IMG/VR virus record: IMGVR_UViG_3300032050_000181
Location: 1 to 53,537 of that record
Strand: one strand, 5' to 3'
Length of the DNA stretch: 53,537 nt
Origin: a virus
Taxonomy: Duplodnaviria > Caudoviricetes
How positions within the stretch are numbered: the stretch's first letter is position 1; each line of letters begins with the position of its first letter. A model generated the notes under the pieces. The model was not told the origin of the DNA and did not search any database. It saw only the letters and a list, made by a program, of their open reading frames with translations. Both the position numbers and the translations under genes were made by a program. This document shows, one piece after another, positions 8,681-17,797 of this stretch.

Positions 8681-9916
8681 TTAGATCTTTACAGGATGCG
8701 GTCTTCTCTTATTTTCTTTTACGGCAACAAGCCAAGCATTCGTAACTGCAATCTTATCTTCCCACCAAATTGTATCTAGGCGGAAATCTTGGAATCTAAT
8801 TGTGTCGTTGCGAATGAAGCGCGCTTTATCTTTTCTTGTGTAATACCAGAAAGAGTTTTCATTCCAGTAACTAACGTGAGTTGGATCTTGGAAAGCGCCA
8901 CGTCCATCTGTACTTGGTACTTCAATGAATGCCCAACCACCGTCAGCAAGCACACGATAAATTTCAGACATAATCTTATGTTTATCGTTCAAATGTTCAA
9001 CTAGATGCGATGCATTCAACACACCAACGCTATTGTCTGGAAGCGGAATGCCTTCGTTTAGATCACAGATAATGTCGCCGCCTTCAAGGTCAAGCGTTGT
9101 GCAGCCTGGCTTTGGATTGATACCGCCACCAAGATCAACAACCATCAGATTACGATCTCTCGCATCTTTAACAGCAAGATCCCAGGCATGCTTATGGAAC
9201 AATTCAACAGTGCGCTCTTGAATGGCTTTATTGCGTTCAAGCCATGTATTGTTACCAGTGATACGATAAACATAAAGAGGTTTGCTAATATGATGCATCT
9301 TGGTTGCAAGATATGTGCGGATCATCAATTCGTGATCGTCGCAGATATCAAGTTTAGGATCATGCCCACCAATCTTACGATAAAGGTCTGTGCGCCATGC
9401 ACGAACATGGTCTGGTGCGTACCAAATAAATGCAACGCTGTGACTTGATGGTGCGAAAGAAATCATTGAGTAATATTCTTTTTCGCGCCATTTAAATGTT
9501 TCGTGTTCCCATCCGTAATATGGATTGTATGGGGTGAACTCATCTTTCATATGCCAGTTAATATCGTTACTGTAAACGAAACCGACATCTGAATTATTTT
9601 CAAAGGCTTGTTTGAGTTCTTCTAAGCAATTTGGAAGGAGAAGGTCGTCGTGATCGACTTCAACAAGAATGTCCCCTTCGCCTTTCATAAATGCATTATG
9701 TTTATTGAATCCAACGCAGGTATTATTTTCGTTGCATTCATAAATTTTAACACGTGGATCATTTACGATCGCTGAATCAACGAGGGTGCGAGATGCACCC
9801 CCGTTGAGCCATAATACCCATTCCCAATCTGTATAGGTTTGTTCTGTTAAACTCTGATACAGTTCATATAAAAACGCATTTTTTAAATGTGTCGCGGTGA
9901 TAATACTAAATTTCAC
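8681..9916 (-). CDS. GT2 glycosyltransferase fused to a C-terminal SAM methyltransferase
   Basis: MKFSIITAT, VDHDD, CDDHEL; then VVDLGGG, SHLVEH, EIYRVL, DPTH. Confidence 0.85.
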   Translation of the reverse strand: MKFSIITATHLKNAFLYELYQSLTEQTYTDWEWVLWLNGGASRTLVDSAIVNDPRVKIYECNENNTCVGFNKHNAFMKGEGDILVEVDHDDLLLPNCLEELKQAFENNSDVGFVYSNDINWHMKDEFTPYNPYYGWEHETFKWREKEYYSMISFAPSSHSVAFIWYAPDHVRAWRTDLYRKIGGHDPKLDICDDHELMIRTYLATKMHHISKPLYVYRITGNNTWLERNKAIQERTVELFHKHAWDLAVKDARDRNLMVVDLGGGINPKPGCTTLDLEGGDIICDLNEGIPLPDNSVGVLNASHLVEHLNDKHKIMSEIYRVLADGGWAFIEVPSTDGRGAFQDPTHVSYWNENSFWYYTRKDKARFIRNDTIRFQDFRLDTIWWEDKIAVTNAWLVAVKENKRRPHPVKI

Positions 9917-9964
9917 AAGTCACCTCATTATTTCCCAAAACAAACTAACAGATTAATGGATTAT

Positions 9965-10168
9965 TTATTGTGCGGCTGGTGCCTCAACAACAGCAACATC
10001 AGCAGCAGGAGCGGCTTCAACAGCAGCATCTGCGGCAGGTGTTTCAGCAGGAGCGGCTTCAGCGGCTGGCGCTTCGGCAGTTACTGCATCAGTTGGTTGA
10101 TCTTCGACCTTTTCTGCGCAAGCAGTAAGACCAAGTGCAACGATACCGACTAGAATTGACTTCTTCAT
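9965..10168 (-). CDS. Ala/Pro/Glu-rich lipoprotein
   Basis: MKKSILVGIVALGLTAC lipobox with AGGAG SD; start revised from 10237. Confidence 0.8.
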   Translation of the reverse strand: MKKSILVGIVALGLTACAEKVEDQPTDAVTAEAPAAEAAPAETPAADAAVEAAPAADVAVVEAPAAQ

Positions 10169-10202
10169 ATTTTTCTCCTTTTTTACAACAGACTCAACAA
10201 CA

Positions 10203-10520
10203 TTATGGACGCGAAGGATAAACACCCTGTGTAGCAATTAAACACTTTGCTTCATCAGGACGCCAGTCACGCTTGCCCTTCACAACAGCAATGACTTTTT
10301 CATTTCCATCCTTATCCTTTGTGATTTGATATTCAATCACATCTGGACGAAGGTCTGGTAATTTAAAATTGGTACGACCATCACCACCATAATAGTTACC
10401 AACTAAACTATAAAGAGCCTCATTGCGTTGAATTGGCAATGTTGCTCCATTACAGTAAAGATAACCCTCTGGTGCAAAGTTACCAGCAAACCAAATAATA
10501 GTTGCAATTAGTGGATCCAT
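10203..10520 (-). CDS. stand-alone phage tail-collar domain protein (MdpB-like)
   Basis: FAGNFAPEGYLYCNG...LYSLVGNYYGGDGRTNFKLPDLR...IATQGVYPSR. Confidence 0.85.
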   Translation of the reverse strand: MDPLIATIIWFAGNFAPEGYLYCNGATLPIQRNEALYSLVGNYYGGDGRTNFKLPDLRPDVIEYQITKDKDGNEKVIAVVKGKRDWRPDEAKCLIATQGVYPSRP

Positions 10521-10532
10521 ATCATTCTCCTA

Positions 10533-12425
10533 TTAAATTTCACAACCACCTGCGGCAGTGCACGCAAGTTCCTTTGCTGAAGTCGTAGTATCTGTTTCTT
10601 CCATAAACTCCACCCAGTTGATGTCAACGTTTTGGAGAGCAAGAAGTTCATTATACTTAACCTCATCAATTTCTTCATAAGGCGCTTGGCGATAAGAACC
10701 ATTGTCTCGTGGCAAGAATGAAACGCCAGAGAGAATAGAAATATTCTTATAGACCCATGCGCCAACTTCCATCCACTCATCATCACCAACGTATACGGTG
10801 ATTGATGGCTTATGTTCACACCAGTGATCCTGATAGATCTTCCAAAGTTCTAATTGTTCAATCGCAGTCATATCATGACGTGTGACAGAGTTCTTTGGAG
10901 CCTTCATTGGGAAACTGAACACCCAGTTTGACTTGCTGTAGAAATCTTCTTCAGCCTTATATCCCTTGCCAATCATAAATGTGGCTAGAGGATCTTTCAT
11001 ATCTGCTCTTACGCGACGGACATAAAACTGAGAATAACGTGGGTGAATGCCTGATGCGGAATCCACCAATTGAGAAACAGTGCCTGAAGGTTTAACGCAA
11101 GTGATTGCAGCCGACTGTGGAACACCAAGAGCAAAGGCGAGTTCCTTATTGACTTCAACACAGTGTAAACGAATTTCATCCAATGCATCCGCCAGTTTCT
11201 GAGACGGCTTATTTAGAAGTTTGCTGTCACAAATACCTGTCAACGATACACCCAACAAACGCTCTTCATCGCAGTTGTTCTTCCAACGCTTGTTTATATA
11301 ACGGAAGTCTGTCAACGTTGATTGAAGTGTACCAATGATCGTAGCCAAACGAGCCTTGCGCTTCAATGAGTCAACATCATCATTTGCGCGAACAACAATC
11401 TCAGAAAGATTGCAGAATTCAAATGGACGCAAAATAATTTCAGAACATGGATTTGTACCAAACTCATGCTTTGGATCGCGACGACCATTCTTCGCAGCAA
11501 CAGCCTGTGATGCAGCACGTGAGAAAATACCACGCTCACCAGACTTTGACATATACAGAGCATGCCATTCATTCATGAATGTGTCCATGTCTACTTGTTT
11601 GTCATACACCGCTGAAATGTTTGCCAGTGCACGTTGTCCATTGTGTGTCCACCAGTCACCCGACTTTGCATGACGCAATTGGTCATCGTTGAGGTCGGTA
11701 AGAGAAATGAGAGCACTACGGCGAACACCACCGCAAACAACAATATCAGCAATCTTGCAAACAATGTCATGACACTCCAACGTTGATAGTTTCCTACCAC
11801 GTGCCTTCATAAAGATATTGAGAGTGAATTTAATTAAATCAACCAATGGTTCTGGTCCACTCGCACGACCACCAAAAGTCTTTAAACGCTCACCCGCTGG
11901 ACGTACTTTTGACACATCCCATTTTGGAACTTTTCCAGAATACAAAAGAGAAATGATCTCACGATATGCTGAAGCCCAACCAATCTTGCTATCAGCAATG
12001 ACAACAGTTGTGTCTGTTTCATGAAGTTCTTCTGGAACTTCTGGAAGTTTATTTGTGTACTTTGATTCAACAGAGAATCCGACGCCAGTTCCGCACATGA
12101 GAATGTACATGATCTCATCGAATGCTTTTGGTGTATCAATGGCGACATAGGAGCAATTATATCCAGCCACTTGATCTTTTTCCAAAGCAGGACCAGCAGT
12201 CATCAAGCAACGCATTGACGGCATTACTTCGAGATTTAAAATTGCTGTACGCAATTCTTCCCATGGAACTGTTTTGTTGTCGTTTGTTTTTTCTTTAAAG
12301 AAACTAATATAACGATCTACAGTCTCATCCCATGTCTCGCGACGACCTAGTTCGTCATTAAAACGAGCATAGCGCGAAATGTGAATGAAATCCTGATAGA
12401 TCGATGGAAGACGTGTTGCCATCAT
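10533..12425 (-). CDS. nrdJ: class II (adenosylcobalamin-dependent) ribonucleotide reductase
   Basis: YNC, GTGVGFS, GGVRRSA, TNPCSEI, FCNLSE, VKPSGTVSQL; C-terminal CxxxxxC; no nrdB nearby. Confidence 0.92.
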   Translation of the reverse strand: MMATRLPSIYQDFIHISRYARFNDELGRRETWDETVDRYISFFKEKTNDNKTVPWEELRTAILNLEVMPSMRCLMTAGPALEKDQVAGYNCSYVAIDTPKAFDEIMYILMCGTGVGFSVESKYTNKLPEVPEELHETDTTVVIADSKIGWASAYREIISLLYSGKVPKWDVSKVRPAGERLKTFGGRASGPEPLVDLIKFTLNIFMKARGRKLSTLECHDIVCKIADIVVCGGVRRSALISLTDLNDDQLRHAKSGDWWTHNGQRALANISAVYDKQVDMDTFMNEWHALYMSKSGERGIFSRAASQAVAAKNGRRDPKHEFGTNPCSEIILRPFEFCNLSEIVVRANDDVDSLKRKARLATIIGTLQSTLTDFRYINKRWKNNCDEERLLGVSLTGICDSKLLNKPSQKLADALDEIRLHCVEVNKELAFALGVPQSAAITCVKPSGTVSQLVDSASGIHPRYSQFYVRRVRADMKDPLATFMIGKGYKAEEDFYSKSNWVFSFPMKAPKNSVTRHDMTAIEQLELWKIYQDHWCEHKPSITVYVGDDEWMEVGAWVYKNISILSGVSFLPRDNGSYRQAPYEEIDEVKYNELLALQNVDINWVEFMEETDTTTSAKELACTAAGGCEI

Positions 12426-12432
12426 TTGCTCC

Positions 12433-13095
12433 TTATTCTGTTGCTATGAATTGTGTTGAAAGAGGGAATACCTCAGCGATAACCTTTGCGCACTCTTTCG
12501 CTATTTCCATATGCTCTTTCTGAGTGCCATTACCGCTGCGGAGTTGTATATAGTGAATCCATGATCTTAATGTTCCGCTCATATACATGCGAGACATAAT
12601 TAATCCTTCAGGAAGCAATGCGCGCGCCTGTTCTTTTGCGATACCGTTCGCAATTGCCCAGTTATAATGGATCTTAACTTGTTCAATCAAGTCTTGTTGA
12701 CGCTTATCCCATTCATATTGAAGCATTACGTCAACACCTTCAGAGATAGAATTCTGACGATTCTTCGGATCCTGAAGACGAGCCTCACGTGTTACAAATT
12801 CTAGATCCTTGGTGGGATCAGCGTAGCGCTGTGAGAATTCTTGAAACGAAAAACTGCGATGACGTAAAATTTGACGCGCAATGTCACGCGTCGTTTCAAT
12901 TTCTAGGCACATTGTTGCCATCTCAAGCGGCGACCAATGTTGATGCTTAACCAAATATTTGATTAATTTTTCTGAAGTCTCACTATTCATTTGATTGGAG
13001 GGATTGGACACTCTTGCGCAGAAAGCCACAAGATCCGTTGGCGTATCCAATCCCTCCAAAACTGGTTTGGAATATGAAACAAGAGATACCTTCAT
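12433..13095 (-). CDS. thyX: flavin-dependent thymidylate synthase
   Basis: RHRSFSFQEFSQRY signature, HWSPLE, TQKEH; start revised from 13152 to MKVSLV. Confidence 0.95.
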   Translation of the reverse strand: MKVSLVSYSKPVLEGLDTPTDLVAFCARVSNPSNQMNSETSEKLIKYLVKHQHWSPLEMATMCLEIETTRDIARQILRHRSFSFQEFSQRYADPTKDLEFVTREARLQDPKNRQNSISEGVDVMLQYEWDKRQQDLIEQVKIHYNWAIANGIAKEQARALLPEGLIMSRMYMSGTLRSWIHYIQLRSGNGTQKEHMEIAKECAKVIAEVFPLSTQFIATE

Positions 13096-13096
13096 A

Positions 13097-13372
13097 TTAA
13101 AAATCCTTAACGTCGAATTCGATCGTCTTATGTTTAACTTCTTGCGTTGCACCTTCAGACGCTAACATCTGCGCGCGAACATATGCATCTTTATATTCTG
13201 AATAAAGAGAATCATCAAACCACCACCAACGATCAAAAAAATATTTTGGTGCGCGGCGATATTCCACATACCATTTTCCAGCATGATACTGCAATCGTAC
13301 TTTTGTGATTGGGTGTTTAACAATCTCTAAACCAAGATCGTCTAGTGTAATCATACTCAACACCTTTTCCAA
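13097..13372 (-). CDS. hypothetical protein
   Basis: 91-aa ORF filling the gap between primase and thyX. Confidence 0.65.
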   Translation of the reverse strand: MEKVLSMITLDDLGLEIVKHPITKVRLQYHAGKWYVEYRRAPKYFFDRWWWFDDSLYSEYKDAYVRAQMLASEGATQEVKHKTIEFDVKDF

Positions 13373-14439
13373 TTTGTAAACTTCAGTTTGGCTTCTAAAC
13401 CACTGAAAGTGTTGGTATCAATGATACTCTTAATTTGTTCAGAAGTCAATCCGTTCAATATCATTTCATTGATATCCTTACCGTTTACATTTTCAGGGAA
13501 CAAACAAACCTTATAACCTTTACCAATAGACTTTTCAATCTGCTTTACAATATCTTTATTGCGAGGCTCGTTATCATAAACGAGCACAACATCTAGGTTC
13601 GAAAGAACTGCTGCCACGCCGCCCAAATTACTATCGCCAGAGGCAACGCAATTCGGGAGAAAATAAGAATCAAACTGTCCTTCAAGGACGTAGATTCGAG
13701 TTTCTTTCCGTAAACGGTGCAATCCAAACACTTTCTTCTCATCTGAGACCTTTACAGTGACGTATCGTATTTTCGACTTCGACGACAAAGCCCTCCCCGC
13801 GACGTTTGTTACCTCACCCTTTTCGTTAGTGTAAAAGAGTACGATACGCTCGTCGTTAGGGACCTCGTCTTTACCGTGTTGGGGGAATTCTTTATCTAGA
13901 AAATCCTTGAAGTGTTCTGTATAGAATATCTCTTTCCAGAACTGCTTGGGGATTTGTCTCTTTTGTATATAGTCACGCGCAGCGTGATCTGCACATAAAT
14001 TCTCTATACTATAATGTGCAAACGCTCTTGTTGTTCTCTCCAGGCTTTCAACTGTCTCTCCACTTCCTGCGGACTTGTTGAGAGTAGACTGGAGTCTGGC
14101 GTAGGCGTTCCCCTTGAGTTGTTGGAAATCAGGCTTCTTGATGTTAGAGCCGTATCCTGTTTGACCAACTGCATATCGCTCGAGGGCGTATTGTTTATAG
14201 GCTCCACTATCAACTTCCTGTAAAAACTTCGCAAACGTCGTAGACTTGTTGCAGTTGTGACAGATGTAGTAGTAGTCGTTGGACTTGCGATAAACATAGC
14301 CGCGAGCCTTTAGTTTGTTCTTCTTCGAATCACCACAATACAAACAGCGAAAATTGAAAAGATCTTCTTTTTTTTGCTTAAATTGTTGTAAACGAGATGA
14401 AATTAATAACAGATATTTTCGATCAATATAAACACTCAT
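13357..14439 (-). CDS. 61: T4-like DNA primase gp61
   Basis: Zn finger CLYCGDS...CHNC, GRAL, TOPRIM EGQFDS, YDNEPRN, KDINEM. Confidence 0.95.
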   Translation of the reverse strand: MSVYIDRKYLLLISSRLQQFKQKKEDLFNFRCLYCGDSKKNKLKARGYVYRKSNDYYYICHNCNKSTTFAKFLQEVDSGAYKQYALERYAVGQTGYGSNIKKPDFQQLKGNAYARLQSTLNKSAGSGETVESLERTTRAFAHYSIENLCADHAARDYIQKRQIPKQFWKEIFYTEHFKDFLDKEFPQHGKDEVPNDERIVLFYTNEKGEVTNVAGRALSSKSKIRYVTVKVSDEKKVFGLHRLRKETRIYVLEGQFDSYFLPNCVASGDSNLGGVAAVLSNLDVVLVYDNEPRNKDIVKQIEKSIGKGYKVCLFPENVNGKDINEMILNGLTSEQIKSIIDTNTFSGLEAKLKFTNWKRC

Positions 14440-14470
14440 AAAACATCACAAAAACGCCAACGGAATTAAT

Positions 14471-14499
14471 AGTATATATCACTTAATGTCAAAAGGCAA
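14471..14499 (-). promoter_or_regulatory. sigma70-type promoter for primase-thyX-nrdJ
   Basis: TTGCCT-17 nt-TATACT. Confidence 0.6.
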
Positions 14500-14823
14500 A
14501 CCTAATTTCGAAATGAGCCAACCAACAACAACGGCGCCACCCATCACAAGCCAGCGCCATTTATTTAAATCTTCTATTTTTTGTTTTTCTATTGCGTGTT
14601 GCGCAGCCATTTCTTCGCGCAATGACTTCATCTCTTGTACTAGATCTACTCTTAACTCATCCATCATTTGCTGGAGTTCTTTTCGATCTTCGATTTGACG
14701 TTCGTCTAGTTTGTCTAGTGTTCTATCAAACTTCTCGTAGATGACTGAGAAGAAGGAGACCTTCTCTCGTATTGCAGCGACCTCAGTCTCTATTTTACTT
14801 AATCTGCTTTCGAAGTCAATCAT
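14479..14823 (-). CDS. coiled-coil protein with C-terminal transmembrane anchor
   Basis: Heptad-rich body ending KWRWLVMGGAVVVGWLI. Confidence 0.8.
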   Translation of the reverse strand: MIDFESRLSKIETEVAAIREKVSFFSVIYEKFDRTLDKLDERQIEDRKELQQMMDELRVDLVQEMKSLREEMAAQHAIEKQKIEDLNKWRWLVMGGAVVVGWLISKLGLPFDIK

Positions 14824-14824
14824 T

Positions 14825-14983
14825 CTACTTTACTGCCTTGCTAGTTGTTTTTATACCTGCTTGACGCAATTTTCTTGCACGGCAGTGGGCTTTTTGTGAA
14901 AATCCTTTAGGGCTGGAACAATCAATACTTTTCTTGTATTTGCTGCTCCATCCTTCAGAGATGAATTGTTTAAATGCAAGCAT
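14825..14983 (-). CDS. 52-aa basic protein with capsid-targeting-like N-terminus (not in ORF track)
   Basis: MLAFKQFISEGWSSKYKKSIDCSSPKGFSQKAHCRARKLRQAGIKTTSKAVK; ATG overlaps the upstream TAA and the ORF fills the gap exactly. Confidence 0.8.
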   Translation of the reverse strand: MLAFKQFISEGWSSKYKKSIDCSSPKGFSQKAHCRARKLRQAGIKTTSKAVK

Positions 14984-15276
14984 TATTTATTTTTATTCTT
15001 TTCCTGTAAGATCGCTAACTCGCGATCTGACATTCTATCCCAAATGCTTGGCGTTTCTTGATGTTTCTTTTCAACAATACCGTACATATGTTTTAACATA
15101 TGTGCACGAGTTGCATCGTCTTCTAATCTTTCTTTACAGAGTTCATCACTTGCTTTAGTTTTCCAAATTTCTGGAAACACACCATGTACTAATAAAATGA
15201 ATGCGATTTTCCATGCGCGAAACAAATGTTGAAAGTAACCATAACCGACTTCATTTAGGTGGGACATTTTTAACAC
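14983..15276 (-). CDS. hypothetical protein (DUF6356-like by motif)
   Basis: HLNEVGYGYFQHL...LVHGVFP...AS motif. Confidence 0.6.
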   Translation of the reverse strand: MLKMSHLNEVGYGYFQHLFRAWKIAFILLVHGVFPEIWKTKASDELCKERLEDDATRAHMLKHMYGIVEKKHQETPSIWDRMSDRELAILQEKNKNK

Positions 15277-15427
15277 TTTCCGCTTGAGGTGTAATTGTTT
15301 TTAATTGTTTTGGTGGAGCCATCAATTCTTTTGGTGGTTCAGGCATTTCAATCTTCGGCACCAAACGAGTTAATGGATTTGCGCAACCAGCAAGAACCAA
15401 AAAAGAAAGAGCGATTATGTATCTCAT
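15251..15427 (-). CDS. outer-membrane spanin (Rz1-like lipoprotein)
   Basis: MRYIIALSFLVLAGC lipobox, Pro-rich, overlaps the i-spanin stop codon. Confidence 0.75.
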   Translation of the reverse strand: MRYIIALSFLVLAGCANPLTRLVPKIEMPEPPKELMAPPKQLKTITPQAESVKNVPPK

Positions 15428-15975
15428 TTCGCTTCTCCTTTCTTCCAAGGCATTTCAGGAAGTTTAATGTCTAAACCACGATCAGCGTTTTGTTTATCAA
15501 CAGATGCTTTAGTCTCAAGAATCCATGATTGCAAACTAACTAGTTGCTGCGCATTTTGCAAACAAATAGAATAATTAGCAAGAACAGTTCCGAGAGCCTG
15601 ATTGTCTTTTACAACTGAATCAGTATCATCTGAAGCCATCTCAGGATTTAGTTCTTCACCTTTTACACTAGTATCGTGCAAGTAAACCCAACCATTTGTA
15701 AGATTAAACTTACCAGGAACTTGTTGTTCAGCAGCGTCGCGATAAATTGTTTCCTTTTGAGTCACAACTTTAATCTTATCAACATACTCAGTAACAACTC
15801 GTTCTTTGATGTTGGCTTGTTCTTTCTCAAGTTCAATTTTTAACTGCTCTGCTTCGTTCGCAGCTTTTTGAACCATAACTTCGCCAGCGTCAGATCCTTT
15901 TTTATAGCCTGCAGCAAATGCGCCGCCAACTAAAAGAACCACTGCAAGGATCTTATATGGTAATGGTATAAGCAT
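15424..15975 (-). CDS. inner-membrane spanin (Rz-like)
   Basis: N-terminal TM helix, coiled coil, NYSIC...LQSWI C-terminus, adjacent to a lipoprotein. Confidence 0.75.
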   Translation of the reverse strand: MLIPLPYKILAVVLLVGGAFAAGYKKGSDAGEVMVQKAANEAEQLKIELEKEQANIKERVVTEYVDKIKVVTQKETIYRDAAEQQVPGKFNLTNGWVYLHDTSVKGEELNPEMASDDTDSVVKDNQALGTVLANYSICLQNAQQLVSLQSWILETKASVDKQNADRGLDIKLPEMPWKKGEAK

Positions 15976-15978
15976 AAT

Positions 15979-16146
15979 TTAATCTCTTGGCCAAATGTTA
16001 CTTTCAACTGCATCATTCAACCACATGCTTGCTCCCAATAATTTTGAGTAAAGCCAATATGTGCCATTTGATAAAAACAAAAATAGAGAAGCAAGCCATT
16101 TAAACAAATAAATGAATGGTATAGCGAATGGTTCTAAAATAAACAT
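15979..16146 (-). CDS. 55-aa hydrophobic membrane protein (not in ORF track)
   Basis: MFILEPFAIPFIYLFKWLASLFLFLSNG...IWPRD; TGATG overlap with the nuclease gene. Confidence 0.65.
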   Translation of the reverse strand: MFILEPFAIPFIYLFKWLASLFLFLSNGTYWLYSKLLGASMWLNDAVESNIWPRD

Positions 16147-16568
16147 CAGTTACACCAACTTGCTTTCTTTTCACCAAAGTATTGGCGAGCGTGACCGTTT
16201 TGAATTAATAGTGCAGAGAGTCTCTGCCCATCAACAATTAGATCACCAAGGACGCGACCACCAAACTTATCGTGCTCTTTTAATTCAACTTTGATTGACT
16301 TTGCATTTGCGACAAGATTTTTGGTAAACGCACTGGCTGCTTCAGCGGCTTTTGCTTCCTCTGGACAACCAGCACGCGCACCCTTTTCTGGAGTGTCAAC
16401 ACCAAGAACGCGCAAACTTAATTGCGGTTTCAAAGGTGCTGGCATAAATGGTGCTTCGAACACCACTGTATCTCCATCACTAACTTTCAATACTTTGAAG
16501 TCGTAAGGATTTGCAAGAGCAGCAGATGAGAAACTTAATGCGATAAGTGCAATAAACTTCTTCATCAT
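16146..16568 (-). CDS. secreted thermonuclease (SNase family)
   Basis: Sec signal ending in ALA; DGDT, LRVLGVDTPE, DKFGGRVL. Confidence 0.88.
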   Translation of the reverse strand: MMKKFIALIALSFSSAALANPYDFKVLKVSDGDTVVFEAPFMPAPLKPQLSLRVLGVDTPEKGARAGCPEEAKAAEAASAFTKNLVANAKSIKVELKEHDKFGGRVLGDLIVDGQRLSALLIQNGHARQYFGEKKASWCN

Positions 16569-16822
16569 ACTGCCTTCTTCTTGCGACCTTTCTTAACTTT
16601 CGCAGCCACTTCTTTTACGTCTGCAAGATCAACTTTTCCGTCTTTGTTGACGTCAAGAGCATTTGCAGCATGAGCCTTAGCATCAGCAGCAACTTCTTTA
16701 GCGGCAACAAGAACATCTTTGTGATCTACAGCACCGTCATTGTTAGCGTCTGGCTTTTTCCATAATTTCCAAACAATCCAACCCGCAACAACAACTAATA
16801 GTAACACAACTAATGTACTCAT
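16565..16822 (-). CDS. membrane-anchored protein with two EF-hand/dockerin-like Ca-binding loops
   Basis: N-terminal TM; DANNDGAVDHKD and DVNKDGKVDLAD. Confidence 0.75.
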   Translation of the reverse strand: MSTLVVLLLVVVAGWIVWKLWKKPDANNDGAVDHKDVLVAAKEVAADAKAHAANALDVNKDGKVDLADVKEVAAKVKKGRKKKAV

Positions 16823-16839
16823 TATCTTCTCCTGTTATA

Positions 16840-17079
16840 TTAGGCAACAGGTGGTTTTTTTGGTGCAAACTTTTCTGCAACCGTTGTACCAAGACCACCC
16901 AACACGATCATCATCATTGAGTCGTACATAAACTTCTCAACAACGAATCCCCAAAACAAATTCAATACGAATGCAAGTGACACCAAGAATGCCGCTAAAA
17001 ACGTAATGACTCGCTTTGATGAAACCGAACCGTTTTCACCGTCCGATAGCATTGATTTTAAATTTGCTAATAGATTCAT
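16840..17079 (-). CDS. two-TM membrane protein, holin candidate
   Basis: SSKR followed by two hydrophobic segments and a basic C-terminus. Confidence 0.6.
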   Translation of the reverse strand: MNLLANLKSMLSDGENGSVSSKRVITFLAAFLVSLAFVLNLFWGFVVEKFMYDSMMMIVLGGLGTTVAEKFAPKKPPVA

Positions 17080-17230
17080 TTTTGTCTCCTAATACATTTT
17101 TTGCAAAGTTTACAAAATTCATATACTTGATCGCGACGTTATAGTCGTGGGTCAGTATAAGAACCCGATTGCGAAAACTCACAATATATCGCTTAGATGC
17201 ATTGCGGAGGCATAATGTTTCCATTATCAT
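17036..17230 (-). CDS. hypothetical protein
   Basis: 64-aa ORF filling the gap on the coding strand. Confidence 0.5.
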   Translation of the reverse strand: MIMETLCLRNASKRYIVSFRNRVLILTHDYNVAIKYMNFVNFAKNVLGDKNESISKFKINAIGR

Positions 17231-17233
17231 TTC

Positions 17234-17773
17234 TTATTTAGCCAAAGGATTTTCCCAAGCCTTTTGAATCTTTTCATCAACTTTCTTCTCTAGTTCTTTC
17301 AATTTAGCGTCTGTTTCGCGTTCGATCGCTCTCAATCGGGCTGACATTTCGCGGTCTGTGACGCCGACAAATCCGCGGACTTCCTTATCGAGTTCGCGAT
17401 TACGTCTTTCGGCTGCATCTACATCGGCTTGAAGGCTATCAATATCGCCTTTTAGATCTGAACGAACGTCGCGGAGAATATCGCCGCTTTCGTCGACCAT
17501 GACGACTGCATTATCGACGCGCTCTTCCATCTTGGTGATGCGTTCGTTGATGGCTGATAAATCTGGAGCAACGTACTCTTGAATCTGTTGCTTCATATCC
17601 ATATAATCTTTATAGAACTCGAAGGCTCCATAAAGACCACCAAGAACCGTGGACACAATACCGCCAGCGATCATAAGTTTTGCTGGTGTGAAACTGTAAC
17701 CGCCAATGCTGATTACTGTATTTGGGTCAACCGCTGCTTCTAACTTGTCGACCTTCTCGTCTAAATCGCTCAT
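17234..17773 (-). CDS. single-TM protein with long coiled coil
   Basis: LMIAGGIVSTVLGGLYGAF then a heptad-rich region; AGGAG SD. Confidence 0.8.
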   Translation of the reverse strand: MSDLDEKVDKLEAAVDPNTVISIGGYSFTPAKLMIAGGIVSTVLGGLYGAFEFYKDYMDMKQQIQEYVAPDLSAINERITKMEERVDNAVVMVDESGDILRDVRSDLKGDIDSLQADVDAAERRNRELDKEVRGFVGVTDREMSARLRAIERETDAKLKELEKKVDEKIQKAWENPLAK

Positions 17774-17797
17774 CTATTTGCTCCTTGTTTTTATACT

